Source: an uncultured Candidatus Entotheonella sp. (GTDB lineage Bacteria > Tectomicrobia > Entotheonellia > Entotheonellales > Entotheonellaceae). From it: DNA of 64,000 nucleotides. The notes beneath the pieces are model-generated. The model did not search any database, was not told the origin of the DNA, and saw only the letters and a list, made by a program, of their open reading frames with translations. Position 1 is the first letter of the stretch. Every line of letters starts with the position of its first letter. Where the stretch lies: NCBI GenBank assembly GCA_965215335.1, contig CBDCDA010000001.1, positions 32,001 to 96,000 of the forward strand, in the 5' to 3' direction. The translations under genes and the position numbers were made by a program. Shown here one piece after another: positions 1-10,297 of the stretch.

Positions 1-391
1 CGACAACCAGATCGACCTGGGTGATCGGATTGATGCGCCTGGGGTCGCCGCCGAGCCGCTGCATGGCCGAGCGCAGGGCGGCGAGATCGGCGACCGCGGG
101 CAAGCCCGTGTAGTCCTGCAGCAGCACCCGCGACGGGACAAAAGGAAGTTCGCGCGAGCTCGGTTGCGTTGCCTGCCACCGTACCAGGTCGCTGACGTCG
201 TCGGTCAAAGCGCCGGGGCCGTCGCAGCGCCGCAGGATGGCCTCGAGGATTACCTTGAGGGAACAGGGGAGGCGCGATACGGTGCCGACTCCTTCCTCTT
301 CCAGCCGATTGAGACGATACATCACCGCCGTTCCGCTGCCGGTCTCGAAGGTGGCCCGCGCGCCGAATGGGTCCTGATGGGATTGGATCAT
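1..391 (-). CDS. acnA: Aconitate hydratase A, N-terminal part (runs off window)
   Basis: Not in the ORF track. Manual translation from ATG 391 gives MIQSHQDPFGARATF...SRLPCSLKVILEAILR...ELPFVPSRVLLQDYTGLPAVADLAALRSAMQRLGGDPRRINPITQVDLVV, the AcnA N-terminal signature. Confidence 0.9.
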   Translation of the reverse strand, partial: MIQSHQDPFGARATFETGSGTAVMYRLNRLEEEGVGTVSRLPCSLKVILEAILRRCDGPGALTDDVSDLVRWQATQPSSRELPFVPSRVLLQDYTGLPAVADLAALRSAMQRLGGDPRRINPITQVDLVV

Positions 392-437
392 GGAGCAAAC
401 CTCGTTGGCGTTGCAAATGGTCGGGTGCCTGCCGGAA

Positions 438-1505
438 CTACTTCTTCTGGCGGCGCTGACGGGAAGCCCGGGCCAGATTCTCCAGCATCGGCTCCGTCGT
501 CTCCCAAGACATGCAAGCGTCGGTGATGCTTTGCCCATAGGTCAACGCCTGCACGTCGTCGCCAAGGGGCTGGTTGCCCTCGACCAGGTGACTTTCCATC
601 ATGACGCCGAAGACGTGGGAAGACCCGGAACTGACCTGCTCGGCGAGGGACGCCACAACGGCGGGTTGATGGGCGTGCTGCTTGCGGCTGTTGCCGTGAC
701 TGCAGTCCACCATCACGCGGCGCGCCAGGCCGGCCGAGCCGAGTTTTTCCGCCACGCTGGCGACGCTCTCGCGGTCGAAATTGGTGCCGGCGTTGGAGCC
801 GCGCAGGATCACGTGGCAGGACTTGTTGCCGGAGGTCTCGACGATGGCCGCGACGCCTTGCTTGGTAACGCCGAGGAAGTGGTGCGGGCGCTGGGCGGCG
901 CCGATCGCGTCGATGGCGATCTGGATATTGCCGTCCGTGCCGTTCTTGAAGCCGACGGGCATTGACAGCCCGGAGGCCAGTTCCCGGTGCACCTGGCTTT
1001 CGGTGGTGCGGGCGCCGATGGCACCCCAGGAAATGAGGTCGGCGGTGAACTGCGGGGTGATGGTATCAAGGAATTCCGACCCCGCCGGCACACCCATGTT
1101 GCCTAGATCGAGCAGCAGGCGCCGGGCCTTGCGCAGCCCCTGGTTGATGGCGAAGCTGCCGTTGAGGTTCGGATCGTTGATGAGGCCCTTCCAGCCCACG
1201 GTGGTGCGGGGCTTCTCGAAGTAGACCCGCATGATCACGCACAGGTCGTCGCTCAGGCGATCGGCGCACTTGGACAACAGGCCGGCGTATTCGATGGCCG
1301 CTTCGGTGTCGTGGATGGAGCAGGGGCCGACAATGGCCAGGAGCCGGGCGTCCTGGTCGCTCACGATGGCGGTGGCCTCCTGACGGGCCCTGGCCACCGT
1401 TTCCGATGCCTTTTCCGTGATGGGCAACTCTTCCTCGACCAGCACCGCTGGCGGAATCAGAGGCCGCTGATTGGCGATGCGAAGATCGTCCGTGCGCTGG
1501 AGCAT
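438..1505 (-). CDS. 3-deoxy-7-phosphoheptulonate (DAHP) synthase, class I-alpha (AroF/G/H type)
   Basis: GPCSIHD, RVYFEKPRTTVGWKGLINDP, IGARTTESQVHRE and DCSHGNS motifs. Start taken at MLQRTDDL. Confidence 0.95.
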   Translation of the reverse strand: MLQRTDDLRIANQRPLIPPAVLVEEELPITEKASETVARARQEATAIVSDQDARLLAIVGPCSIHDTEAAIEYAGLLSKCADRLSDDLCVIMRVYFEKPRTTVGWKGLINDPNLNGSFAINQGLRKARRLLLDLGNMGVPAGSEFLDTITPQFTADLISWGAIGARTTESQVHRELASGLSMPVGFKNGTDGNIQIAIDAIGAAQRPHHFLGVTKQGVAAIVETSGNKSCHVILRGSNAGTNFDRESVASVAEKLGSAGLARRVMVDCSHGNSRKQHAHQPAVVASLAEQVSSGSSHVFGVMMESHLVEGNQPLGDDVQALTYGQSITDACMSWETTEPMLENLARASRQRRQKK

Positions 1506-1715
1506 GGGGTGGTTTTCCTCTTCTGAGGTCAACAGATCACGTGCCGTGCACATTGGCCGTCAGGGTGTCGAATGGCCGTCATGCTACGTCCGAATCCGCC
1601 AGCGGTCAAGGCGCCGTGCGGGTGAAGCGACTGGCGCAATGATGCCTGGAACAACTGGAAGGAACGAGGGCGTCAGCGGCGCCAGGCCGTCACGCTCCTT
1701 GAGGTTTGCGGCGAC

Positions 1716-2615
1716 TTACTTGATCGCCCCCGCCGTCAGGCCGGAGACATAGTAATCCATGAAGAACGCATAGAGCACGATGACGGGTATGGAACCCATC
1801 AGGCAGGCGGCCATCAGCGAGCCCCAGAAGTAGATGTCGCCGCGCACCAGTTCCGTGAGCACGCCGACCGACAGGGTCTTCTGGATATCGTCCTGGATGA
1901 ACACGAAGGAGTACAGGAACTCGTTCCAGCACAGGGTGAACGAGAACAGCACGGCGCAGGCCACCCCCGGCAGGGCCATCGGCAGGACGATGGTGACCAG
2001 GGTGCGCATGCGGCTGGCGCCGTCGATGTAGGCGCACTCCTCGACCTCGAACGGCACGGTGCGGAAATAGCCCATCAACAGCCAGGTGACGAACGGGATC
2101 AGAAACGTCGGGTAGGTGAGGATCAGCGACCAGTAGGTGTCGCGGATCGGTATGAAATCGTCGATGAAATTGATCACGTTGATGAGCGGCAGGAACAGCA
2201 GGGCCTGCGGCACCAGGTAGGTGACGAACACCGCCACCCCGAACGCCTCGACGCCCCGGAAGCGCAGCCGGGCGAGGGCATAGGCCGCCAGGATGCCGAC
2301 CGCCACGGAGATGAGCGTCGAGGCGGCAGTGACGATGAACGTGTTCAGCAGCCAGTAGTCGAAGAAGTGGGTCTTTTCGGCCAGGTAGACGTAATTATCC
2401 AGCGTGATGCCGGTGGCCCAGAACGGCGACGCGCCGAGGTTGTTGATCTCCTGCTTCGACTTCAGGGAGGTGATGAACATGATGTACAGGGGGAAGAGAG
2501 AAAAGGCGATGTAAGGGACGAGACCGGCATACGTCACGACCTCCTTGCGGATGCGCCACATGGGCGTTTTGGCCTGCGCCCCCAGTCCCACCTCGCTGAT
2601 GCTGCTAGACGCCAT
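1716..2615 (-). CDS. Carbohydrate ABC transporter permease (MalG-like)
   Basis: Multiple TM helices, EAA-loop variant EVEECAYIDGAS, C-terminal GLTAGAIK. Confidence 0.9.
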   Translation of the reverse strand: MASSSISEVGLGAQAKTPMWRIRKEVVTYAGLVPYIAFSLFPLYIMFITSLKSKQEINNLGASPFWATGITLDNYVYLAEKTHFFDYWLLNTFIVTAASTLISVAVGILAAYALARLRFRGVEAFGVAVFVTYLVPQALLFLPLINVINFIDDFIPIRDTYWSLILTYPTFLIPFVTWLLMGYFRTVPFEVEECAYIDGASRMRTLVTIVLPMALPGVACAVLFSFTLCWNEFLYSFVFIQDDIQKTLSVGVLTELVRGDIYFWGSLMAACLMGSIPVIVLYAFFMDYYVSGLTAGAIK

Positions 2616-3642
2616 AGCCCGTCTCCTTTCGTACCATCTTGAGCTGCAGGATCACCACCAGCAGCAGGATGGGAAACAAGAAGAGGGAGATGGCTGCCCC
2701 GAGGCCGATCTCGTGGTTGAGAATGCCGACCGTGAATGAATAGGTGGCAAAGAGATGGGTGTAGTTCATCGGTCCCCCGCGTGTCAGCACGTACACGATG
2801 CCGAAGTCGGCCAGGGTGAAGATGGTGGAGAAGAGGATGACCACGGCCATGACCGGACGCAGCAGCGGCAGCGTCACGTGCCAGAATTTGCGCAGCGTGG
2901 AGGCGCCGTCTGTTTCCGCCGCTTCGTAGAGCTGCTCCGGGATGGCCACCAGGCCCGCAAAGATGGTGACGGCAAAGAACGGCATGCCGCGCCAGAAATT
3001 CACGAAGATGACCGAAGTCAGGGCCAGGTTGGGATTGCCCAGCCACTGGTAGGGTCCCAGGCCGAGGAGATTGAGTGGCCAGACGTTCGCCAGCAGCCAG
3101 TTGATGTGGCTGTAGGTCGGGTCGAAGATCAGCCACCAGCCCAGCGTCGTGAGCACGGTGGGCGCGACGAACGGCACCAGGATCGATCCTCGAATGAAGC
3201 GCTTCATCCGGGTCGCCCGCTGCATCAACAGCGCCGCCCCGAGCCCGAAAACGCCCTTCAGAACGACCGAAAAGATGGCGAACAAGAGGGTGTTGCGCAC
3301 CGTCAGCAGGAAGATGTCATCGGCGAGCGACAGGTCCCAGGAAAAACCCGTGAACTTGAGGTACCAGGGGAGGGCCTCGCCCTCGTACATGATGCCGAAG
3401 AGGTACATGAAATTTTCCAGGCCGACCCACCGGCCCTGTTCGCCAATCACGGCGTCGCTCAGGCTGAACCAGATGGCCAGAAAGAAGGGATAGACGACCA
3501 GGCAGACCATGATGACGACGGCGGGCAGGATGAAGCCGAAACCGTCCAGGTCAGGACCGAACGAGCGGCGCCAGCGTTGTCGATTCGCCGCCGTCAGGTC
3601 TCGACCGAAAAGAACCTGTTCTCTTGTGTTGGAGATCGCCAT
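2605..3642 (-). CDS. Carbohydrate ABC transporter permease (MalF-like)
   Basis: WVGLENF, LYEAAETDGAS EAA loop, LTRGGP. Confidence 0.9.
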   Translation of the reverse strand: MAISNTREQVLFGRDLTAANRQRWRRSFGPDLDGFGFILPAVVIMVCLVVYPFFLAIWFSLSDAVIGEQGRWVGLENFMYLFGIMYEGEALPWYLKFTGFSWDLSLADDIFLLTVRNTLLFAIFSVVLKGVFGLGAALLMQRATRMKRFIRGSILVPFVAPTVLTTLGWWLIFDPTYSHINWLLANVWPLNLLGLGPYQWLGNPNLALTSVIFVNFWRGMPFFAVTIFAGLVAIPEQLYEAAETDGASTLRKFWHVTLPLLRPVMAVVILFSTIFTLADFGIVYVLTRGGPMNYTHLFATYSFTVGILNHEIGLGAAISLFLFPILLLVVILQLKMVRKETGYGV

Positions 3643-3691
3643 CCTTTGACCTCTCTTTTGGGGAACTGAAGAATTTCCTCAGCAAGGAGGG

Positions 3692-3735
3692 AAAAAACGC
3701 CGGCGCTGGTAGCGGTTGCTGCCCGGCGCCGGGCA
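3692..3735 (-). terminator. Possible terminator or stabilising hairpin between binding-protein and permease genes
   Basis: Perfect palindrome tgcccggcgccgggca (3720-3735) and a GC stem followed by a T run on the minus strand. Confidence 0.35.
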
Positions 3736-3755
3736 ATCACGACGCGACCCGTCGG

Positions 3756-5096
3756 CTAGCTGTGCCGCCGATAGAGCCGTTTCATCTGCATCTCCGCCTT
3801 CTTCACCGCTTGCTCGGCCGTCATCCTGCCGATGGCGCACGCCGCTGCGGTGTCCGGGATGATGAACTGTCGCCACACGGTCTCGGATGCGGCATTCGGG
3901 GTGCCCGGCCAACCCGGAGCGTGGGTGTACCAGCCGATGTACGGAGCGAAATAGTACTTGGAATTCGACGCGTAGATCGGGTGCATGGAAAAGGTGCGCA
4001 TCAGCGGCTGGTTGTAGCCCTCGCTGGCGGTCAGGTGCTTCTCCTGCTGCTCCTTCTGGAAATGGAAGTCCAGAAACTCCTTGGCGAGATCCTGGTTGTT
4101 GGAAAACTTCCAGACGCCGATGGTGTTGTAGGCCGCCGACATGTGGCGTCCGGCAGGTCCGGCTGGCGGCATGATGTGATCGATGACCTGATGGACCGGG
4201 CGCTCGGTGCCGGGTATCAGGGCATTATCGGTGCGCGCCGAGTTGTAGGCGCTGATCGGGTTGAGGATCATGCTGCACTTGCCGGAATTGAGGCACACGT
4301 TGTTGTTGCGGTCGTCCCAGGCCAGCACTTCCTCTTCCATGGCGTCGTTGTAAAGGGCCTTGACGAATTTGTACGCCTCGATGGTCTCCGGCGAGTTCAC
4401 CGCCACGGTCTTGCTGTCCGCTTCCACCAGCTTGCCGCCCCAGCTCCAGATGATGCCGCGCAGGATGTGGTTGGCGTCTTCCGAGTGGCTCAACTGGATG
4501 CCGATGGGGTGTCCCTTGGCCTTGAGTTGCATGCCGATGCGGTGGACGTCTTCCCAGGTGTCCGGCAGCGTCTCGCCAATCTCGGCGACGAGGTCGGTAC
4601 GTACGGCAATAGGGAAGGAGATGAAGAACCACGGCATCGCCCGGTAGTGACCCTCACCGTCGCGCCCGACGATGTTGTCCGTCAATCCGCCGGCGCGCCG
4701 GCCCACCTTTTCGACCAGGTCGTCGAGGTTGACCAGGTGCTTCCTGTACAGGTCCGGCATGCCGACCCCCAGGGCGGTGAGGTCATGCCCCTTTTGCCCC
4801 TGCACCTCGCTGGCCAGCACCGCCGGGAGTTGCAGGTGCGCCACGCGGTCCATGCGAACCTTGACGCCGGCCATCTGGCCGAACTCTTCGAGTTGCCGCT
4901 TGAGTTCCTCGTCGGAGGTGGGAACGAAATGCGAGAACGTGATCAGTCGGAGCTCACGGTCCTGCCCGATGGCCGGGGGCGTTCTGGCGAGCAGCATGCC
5001 GGCGACCCCGGCAGAGGTTGCCACCGATGAACGCAAGAAGCTGCGCCGGGAGGCGGGACCGGCCAAACGGGTCGTCATCTCGTAGGGCGTTACCAT
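3756..5096 (-). CDS. Carbohydrate ABC transporter substrate-binding protein, Tat-exported
   Basis: SRRSFLR Tat motif and SBP family 1-like sequence, directly upstream of two permeases. Confidence 0.85.
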   Translation of the reverse strand: MVTPYEMTTRLAGPASRRSFLRSSVATSAGVAGMLLARTPPAIGQDRELRLITFSHFVPTSDEELKRQLEEFGQMAGVKVRMDRVAHLQLPAVLASEVQGQKGHDLTALGVGMPDLYRKHLVNLDDLVEKVGRRAGGLTDNIVGRDGEGHYRAMPWFFISFPIAVRTDLVAEIGETLPDTWEDVHRIGMQLKAKGHPIGIQLSHSEDANHILRGIIWSWGGKLVEADSKTVAVNSPETIEAYKFVKALYNDAMEEEVLAWDDRNNNVCLNSGKCSMILNPISAYNSARTDNALIPGTERPVHQVIDHIMPPAGPAGRHMSAAYNTIGVWKFSNNQDLAKEFLDFHFQKEQQEKHLTASEGYNQPLMRTFSMHPIYASNSKYYFAPYIGWYTHAPGWPGTPNAASETVWRQFIIPDTAAACAIGRMTAEQAVKKAEMQMKRLYRRHS

Positions 5097-5173
5097 ACGA
5101 CTTCTCCACAAGTTTGAGGATGTTGGCTCGAATTGGGGAATCGCGTTTCTATAGCATGACGGCTTTGGGCGTG

Positions 5174-5515
5174 TCAATCGCTATCGCGCGGCGGTGGCGG
5201 CCTCCCGGCGGCCTCGAATTCCGCCTCGGTCTGAAGCTGTCCACCCTGGACCTGGCGCTCGACAATGTTCATGCGGCGGTCGAATCCCAGGGTGACGCGG
5301 ATGCGCTGGAAACAGCGGTCGCCAACGACGTCCTTGTGTACAGCGTAGGCGGCTCCTCCCTCGCCAGGGTCGAGCAGGTTGCTCGCCACGTCATAGCGTC
5401 GATCGACACGCACGCGGATCGCTTCGCCGCAGCGACCGCACTTCACGTTCAGCCACAAGGCGTTATCCGCTTCCTGAGCCGCGGGCCATGCAAACAGGCG
5501 TCGCAACCAGCGCAT
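5174..5515 (-). CDS. Hypothetical protein, possible zinc ribbon
   Basis: KCGRCGE plus distal HK...RC. RBS GAGGAGG upstream. Co-oriented in the operon. Confidence 0.6.
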   Translation of the reverse strand: MRWLRRLFAWPAAQEADNALWLNVKCGRCGEAIRVRVDRRYDVASNLLDPGEGGAAYAVHKDVVGDRCFQRIRVTLGFDRRMNIVERQVQGGQLQTEAEFEAAGRPPPPRDSD

Positions 5516-5548
5516 CGCGTCCCTCCTCGCGGTTGCCGCCAGGCGGCA

Positions 5549-6598
5549 TCAATTGACCGTGACCCCGTACTCGGCCGCCGATGACCTGATCTGGCTCCAG
5601 GTCTCGTCGTCGACCCCGATGCCGTTGGCGCGGCGGGCCTGCTCCTGACGGCTTTCGATCTCACCGGGGAGCAGGATTTCGCTGAATCCTTCCATCGGCC
5701 TGGCGCTCTTGACGTAGGCCGTGAAGTCGTCCACCTCGCGGGTGAAGTCTGCCAGCGGGGTGAACGCCGAGATGTTGAGCACCAGCATGAACACGCCGTT
5801 ACCGCTGCGCGTCGGGTTGGGTTGGGCGCAGCCGGCGCGCGTCAACGCGCCGCTGAGGATTTCGATGATGAGCGCCAGGCCGTAGCCTTTGTGACCCTCG
5901 CTCAGCCCGCCGAGGGGCAGAATGGCACCGCGTGGCGTGGTGTAGAGATCATTCGGGTCCGTGGTCGGGACGCCCTGGTTGTTGACCAGCCAGCCCATCG
6001 GCGCCGGCAATCCCTGGTTGCGCTTGACCCGCACCTTGCCTTCCGCCACCACGCTGGTGGCGATGTCGAGCACGATCGGCCCGCCCTGTCCGGTGGGGAT
6101 GCCGACGGAAATGGGATTGGTCACCATGCGGCCCTCGGCGCCGCCAAAGGGCGCGACGATGGCGCCTGCGCCGTGGCCGTTGACCATGGTGATGCCGACC
6201 ATGCCGCGTGCCGCCGCCATGGCCGGGTACTCGCCCAGGCGTCCGATGTGATTGCAGTTGTGAATCCCCACCGAACTCACCGCCTGCGTCGCGGCCTTGT
6301 CCATGGCCATCTCCATGGCTCGCGTTCCCGCCGTCTGGCCGTAGCCCCAATTGGCGTTCAGCACCGCCGTTGCAGGCGTTTCCTGTACCACGTCCAGGGC
6401 CGCTCCGGGCACGCAGTTGCCCTTCTTGACGTCGGCCAGATATTGCGGGATGCGAATGACGCCGTGGGAGTCGTGGCCCATCAGGTTGGCCGTCACCAGG
6501 TAGCGGCTGATCAGGCTCGCTTCCTCCGCGGCGGAGCCGGCACCCTGGAAAATACGTTGGGTCGTTGCTTCGAGTTCTTCCGCCTGCAAAGTTGGCAT
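5549..6598 (-). CDS. Ldh_2-family (malate/L-lactate/sulfolactate-type) oxidoreductase
   Basis: GHDSHG, NHIGRLG, TNPI, DIATS, GHKGYGL and LPGE motifs. Confidence 0.9.
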   Translation of the reverse strand: MPTLQAEELEATTQRIFQGAGSAAEEASLISRYLVTANLMGHDSHGVIRIPQYLADVKKGNCVPGAALDVVQETPATAVLNANWGYGQTAGTRAMEMAMDKAATQAVSSVGIHNCNHIGRLGEYPAMAAARGMVGITMVNGHGAGAIVAPFGGAEGRMVTNPISVGIPTGQGGPIVLDIATSVVAEGKVRVKRNQGLPAPMGWLVNNQGVPTTDPNDLYTTPRGAILPLGGLSEGHKGYGLALIIEILSGALTRAGCAQPNPTRSGNGVFMLVLNISAFTPLADFTREVDDFTAYVKSARPMEGFSEILLPGEIESRQEQARRANGIGVDDETWSQIRSSAAEYGVTVN

Positions 6599-6725
6599 GC
6601 GTGGGTCCTTCCTTACGATGTGTCGCGAGGTATGAGGATCGTGTGGGGCAACGTGCGGGCAGTGTAACAGGGCGCCCTTGGCGCGGCAACAGCCCGGCGC
6701 CGGGTTCGTGGGGGTTCGTGCAGGC

Positions 6726-7343
6726 TCAAAAGAAGTCCTGCACGGTCTCCTTCAGCCACAGGTAGCTCTTGTACCCGAAAAAGACGATCAGCAGGGAGAT
6801 GAAGAGCGCCAGCAGGCTGCCCAGAATTCCGGCGAGCAGCAGCACGCCGTCGTCTTCCAGCAACGAAAAGCCGATGAGGAAAATGCCGAATGCCGGTGCC
6901 GTGTTGGTTCCCGGAATCGGCAGCAGCATGGAGCCCGCCAGCGCGCAGATGATGAGGCCGATAACGACGCGCATGGCCGGCGCCCGCACCAGCCCGACGA
7001 GGCGCGGGCTGGAAAACCGTTCGACAACCTGCACGAGACGCAGCATGGCGTCCACCACGCGGCGATTGAAGCGGGCGGTGTTAAAGGGCCTTCGCCGCAG
7101 TCTGGCGGGCAGCCAAAGGTTATCGTATCCCGCCAGCAGGCGCAGGCCGATGATCAGCAGTGGGACCGACAGCAGGGTGGAGTATCCGGCAGCCGGCAGG
7201 GGCAGCGCCGCCGGGACGGAAAACAGGATCAGAATGACCGCCATGCCGTGGCGGTCGAGCTCCTCGACCAGTTCGCCGCAGGTGATAGGGTCTCGGTCGG
7301 GGTCGAAGACGTGCTCGATGATGCTGGAGAGCGCTGGCTTCAC
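6726..7343 (-). CDS. ExoD-family membrane protein
   Basis: PAALPLP, LLPIPGTNTAPA and LEDDG motifs. Confidence 0.85.
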   Translation of the reverse strand: MKPALSSIIEHVFDPDRDPITCGELVEELDRHGMAVILILFSVPAALPLPAAGYSTLLSVPLLIIGLRLLAGYDNLWLPARLRRRPFNTARFNRRVVDAMLRLVQVVERFSSPRLVGLVRAPAMRVVIGLIICALAGSMLLPIPGTNTAPAFGIFLIGFSLLEDDGVLLLAGILGSLLALFISLLIVFFGYKSYLWLKETVQDFF

Positions 7344-7444
7344 GTCACGGTCCTGTTGATGCTGAACGATCTCAAGGGTCAGGGGAGGGCGGCGGGTTGC
7401 GGGGGCGGTTTGATACGGTCAGGTTCTTCGTGTATAGTCCGCGC

Positions 7445-7825
7445 ATGGACCGTAACACCCGGCAACGCCAAGCGATACGCAGGATTTTTGAAGAAGCCGA
7501 TCGCCCGCTGAGTCCCCAGGAAGTGCTCCCGGCGGCCCAATCATACGTGCCGGGGCTGGGCATCGCCACGGTGTACCGCAACCTCAAGGTGCTGGTTGCC
7601 GATGGCTGGCTGGAGTCGGTCGCCTTGCCCGGTGAATCGCCGCGCTACGAGGTGGCGGGCAAACGGCACCACCATCACTTCCGCTGTCGCACCTGCGATC
7701 GCGTCTTTGAAATCGATGGCTGTTCCACGAACCTGGTGGTGCAACTCACCCCGCGTGGTTTCCGCCTTGAAGGCCACGACGTCGTGCTGTACGGCCTCTG
7801 TATGGCCTGTTCCGAAATCGTCTAA
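7445..7825 (+). CDS. Fur-family transcriptional regulator
   Basis: TRQRQAI, GIATVYRNL, HHHHFRCRTC, C-terminal CMAC. Confidence 0.92.
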   Translation: MDRNTRQRQAIRRIFEEADRPLSPQEVLPAAQSYVPGLGIATVYRNLKVLVADGWLESVALPGESPRYEVAGKRHHHHFRCRTCDRVFEIDGCSTNLVVQLTPRGFRLEGHDVVLYGLCMACSEIV

Positions 7826-7841
7826 GGCGCCGGGCGGCGCA

Positions 7842-8153
7842 TCATGCGGAAGTCCGAAAAGCGTTGGTCGCGGTAACCAGGGCTGGCGTCCCGCCGAACA
7901 GATAGGCCACTTCCACCGTTTCCGTTATTTCCGCTTCAGATGCCCCGGCCGCCCGGGCGCGGTTGGCGATGGTGGCCACCCCCTCCGGGTGTGCCATGAT
8001 GGCGTCCACGAGCATGGTCATGAGGATCTTGTACCTGGCCGGGATGGCCCCGTCGGCAAGTATCCGCCGTCGCTGGGCGAGGTACGTGTCGCTGAATTCG
8101 GGGGCGCGCTGCTGCAGGCCGGCGATCCATTCCGGCAGGGCGGGCTGGTCCAT
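7842..8153 (-). CDS. Carboxymuconolactone decarboxylase (CMD/AhpD-like) family protein
   Basis: GAIPARYKIL...ARAAGASEAEI pattern, 103 aa. Confidence 0.8.
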   Translation of the reverse strand: MDQPALPEWIAGLQQRAPEFSDTYLAQRRRILADGAIPARYKILMTMLVDAIMAHPEGVATIANRARAAGASEAEITETVEVAYLFGGTPALVTATNAFRTSA

Positions 8154-8231
8154 TATCGGTTTTCCTAATGGAGGCGGGGATCGGTCATTGGATACGCCAG
8201 AGGCTCCGAACCTAACCTAGGGGGTTCCGCA

Positions 8232-9785
8232 GTGGAAGTCAAGCGCGGAGATCTCCATGGATGGCCCGCGGCGGGCGGCTGGGAACCGAACGACGGCGGG
8301 GTGGCTGAAGCGCCGCTCGACTGGCAACGCCTGATCCCGGAAAAATTGCTGCATTGTCTCTGGTTCGACTCCCGCTGGCGTCCCACCGCCTTGCGCACCC
8401 TGGATGGCCAACGGATTACCGTGCATTCTCCCGGACGCTGGAACGTCCACCCCGGCCCCGACTTTCGGCAGGCCACGATCACCTTCGCCGATGGTGAGCG
8501 TCGCCGCGGCGACGTGGAAATCCACCGCTACGCTTCCGGCTGGACGGCCCACCGGCATCACGGCGACCCACGTTACAACAACGTGATGCTGCACGTGTTT
8601 CTGTGGAATGACCGCAAGGAGCTGGTGGCCGTGCGGGCCGACGGACAGACCATCCCTCAGGTCGCCCTGGAAAACTGCCTGTCACGCCCACTGCTGACGT
8701 ATCGCACCGATGTTGTCCTGGAAGACTATCCGCGCAAGAATGTGCCGTTTCCTGGCCGCTGCTACGAGGCCTTGCGGCGCCTGGAACCTGAGCAGGTGCG
8801 CGCCTTTCTGGACCGCGCCGGCGACGTGCGCCTGCGGCAACGCATGTGGCGATGGGCGCCGCGGGTGTCCGAAGCGGGCCTGGAACAGGCGTTGTACGAG
8901 GCGGTTCTACGGGGACTGGGCTCGACGGGACACCGGCAGCATTTCCAGGAACTGGCCCGCGCCGTTTCCTGGCGGGAAGCACAGGACTGCCTGGGCGGCG
9001 TGCCGGCAGCAGCGCGCCGGCTGGCGGCCGAGGCGCTGCTTCTCGGCGTGGCGGGCCTGCTTCCCGACCCCGCCGACCACTTTGACGCCGACACCCGGCG
9101 CTACGTCGAAGATGTGCAGGAGCACTGGCTTGGCTTTCCCGCTGCCATCCGGCAGCGGGCCTGGCACACGGTCAACTGGCGTCAACCCAACGTGCGTCCG
9201 GCCAACAGCCCCGAACGCCGTCTCGCGGGCATGGCCTGCCTGCTGGACGCCTGCCACGGCACGACGTTGATCGATGTCAGCGCGTCGCTGTGCGGTCGTT
9301 CGGCAGCCGACAATGCCCGGCCCCGCGAGCTTTGCAACGCCCTGGCCGACTTGCTGACCTGCGGCGGGCCGTCGTACTGGACCGGTCGGGCGCGTTTCGG
9401 AAGCCGCGAGGGACGCCCGCAGCACCTCATCGGCGCCGGCCGGGCACGCACGGTTGTCGTGGACGCTCTCCTGCCCGTGCTGCTGCTCCATGCCCGGCAT
9501 CACGCCGATACGTCCCTGCGCGACACGCTCCTGGCCTGTTACGAAGCGACGCCGCGCCTGCCCGACAACCACGCGCTGCGCTACATGGCGCGCCGCCTGC
9601 TGGGGGATGACGCGTCGCTGCTCTCCCTGGTTACGGGGGCTCGCCAGCAACAGGGCCTGTTGCAGGTGCTGACCGATTACTGCGGCAACGACGAGGGGGA
9701 CTGCCAGGGATGCGACTTTCCGCTGCAAGCCTCAAATCCGGGTCGTGCTCAGCAGCCAGTCGTTGAGATCCGCCACAACACCTGA
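8232..9785 (+). CDS. DUF2851-family protein
   Basis: EKLLHCLW, PGRWN..PGPDF, GDVEIH...W..H.H..DP.YNNVMLHV, RPANSPERR, QQGLLQ and terminal C..C..C cluster. Start uncertain. Confidence 0.85.
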   Translation: MEVKRGDLHGWPAAGGWEPNDGGVAEAPLDWQRLIPEKLLHCLWFDSRWRPTALRTLDGQRITVHSPGRWNVHPGPDFRQATITFADGERRRGDVEIHRYASGWTAHRHHGDPRYNNVMLHVFLWNDRKELVAVRADGQTIPQVALENCLSRPLLTYRTDVVLEDYPRKNVPFPGRCYEALRRLEPEQVRAFLDRAGDVRLRQRMWRWAPRVSEAGLEQALYEAVLRGLGSTGHRQHFQELARAVSWREAQDCLGGVPAAARRLAAEALLLGVAGLLPDPADHFDADTRRYVEDVQEHWLGFPAAIRQRAWHTVNWRQPNVRPANSPERRLAGMACLLDACHGTTLIDVSASLCGRSAADNARPRELCNALADLLTCGGPSYWTGRARFGSREGRPQHLIGAGRARTVVVDALLPVLLLHARHHADTSLRDTLLACYEATPRLPDNHALRYMARRLLGDDASLLSLVTGARQQQGLLQVLTDYCGNDEGDCQGCDFPLQASNPGRAQQPVVEIRHNT

Positions 9786-10256
9786 TAATTCGTTCCGGTC
9801 ATCCGTTGTCGTGAGGACTGCAAACTTCACGCACCAGGAGCCGTCCTAGCAGACGCCCTGGGCGCCTCGGCTTGTCCATAGCCATGGCTGGCCAGACGGG
9901 GCCGCTGCTTCTCATGCCGGGTTGCCGGGCGCGGCAGGCGGGTGGCCTTGCTCTGCCGGAAACGAGACCGGAAGGTCTCGTGAAAAATCTGACCGGTCGT
10001 CCGAAAGCTCCAGATAATCCTTGCCGTCCGTGAGCAATGCCGCTACCGAGTTGATCTCCGCGCCGAAGAGCCGCTCGGTGGGCGTCATGTGATGCAGGCC
10101 GGCTGCCACCTCGCACCAGTTCTTTTCGGTATAAGCCCGGGCCAGGACGGCAAGGGCCGGGCCGGACTGCGGTTCGCGGGCGAGGCTGGCCAGATTGGGA
10201 TAAAACAGACTGGTTCCGACGGTGCAGAGAAGCGTGCGAGGTTGCGGTTTGGGCAT
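9732..10256 (-). pseudogene. Internally deleted APE2256-family CRISPR-associated (CARF) gene
   Basis: N-terminus RTLLCTVGTSL...ERLFGAEINS is the family signature. Downstream fragments in other frames (EKQRPRLASHGYG; DGSWCVKFAVLTT...VVADLNDWL*) resemble its C-terminus. Far too short and contains stops. Confidence 0.7.
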
Positions 10257-10297
10257 GGGGGCCTTTCAATGATTGACGGGTTGTAATCCCTTCCTCA

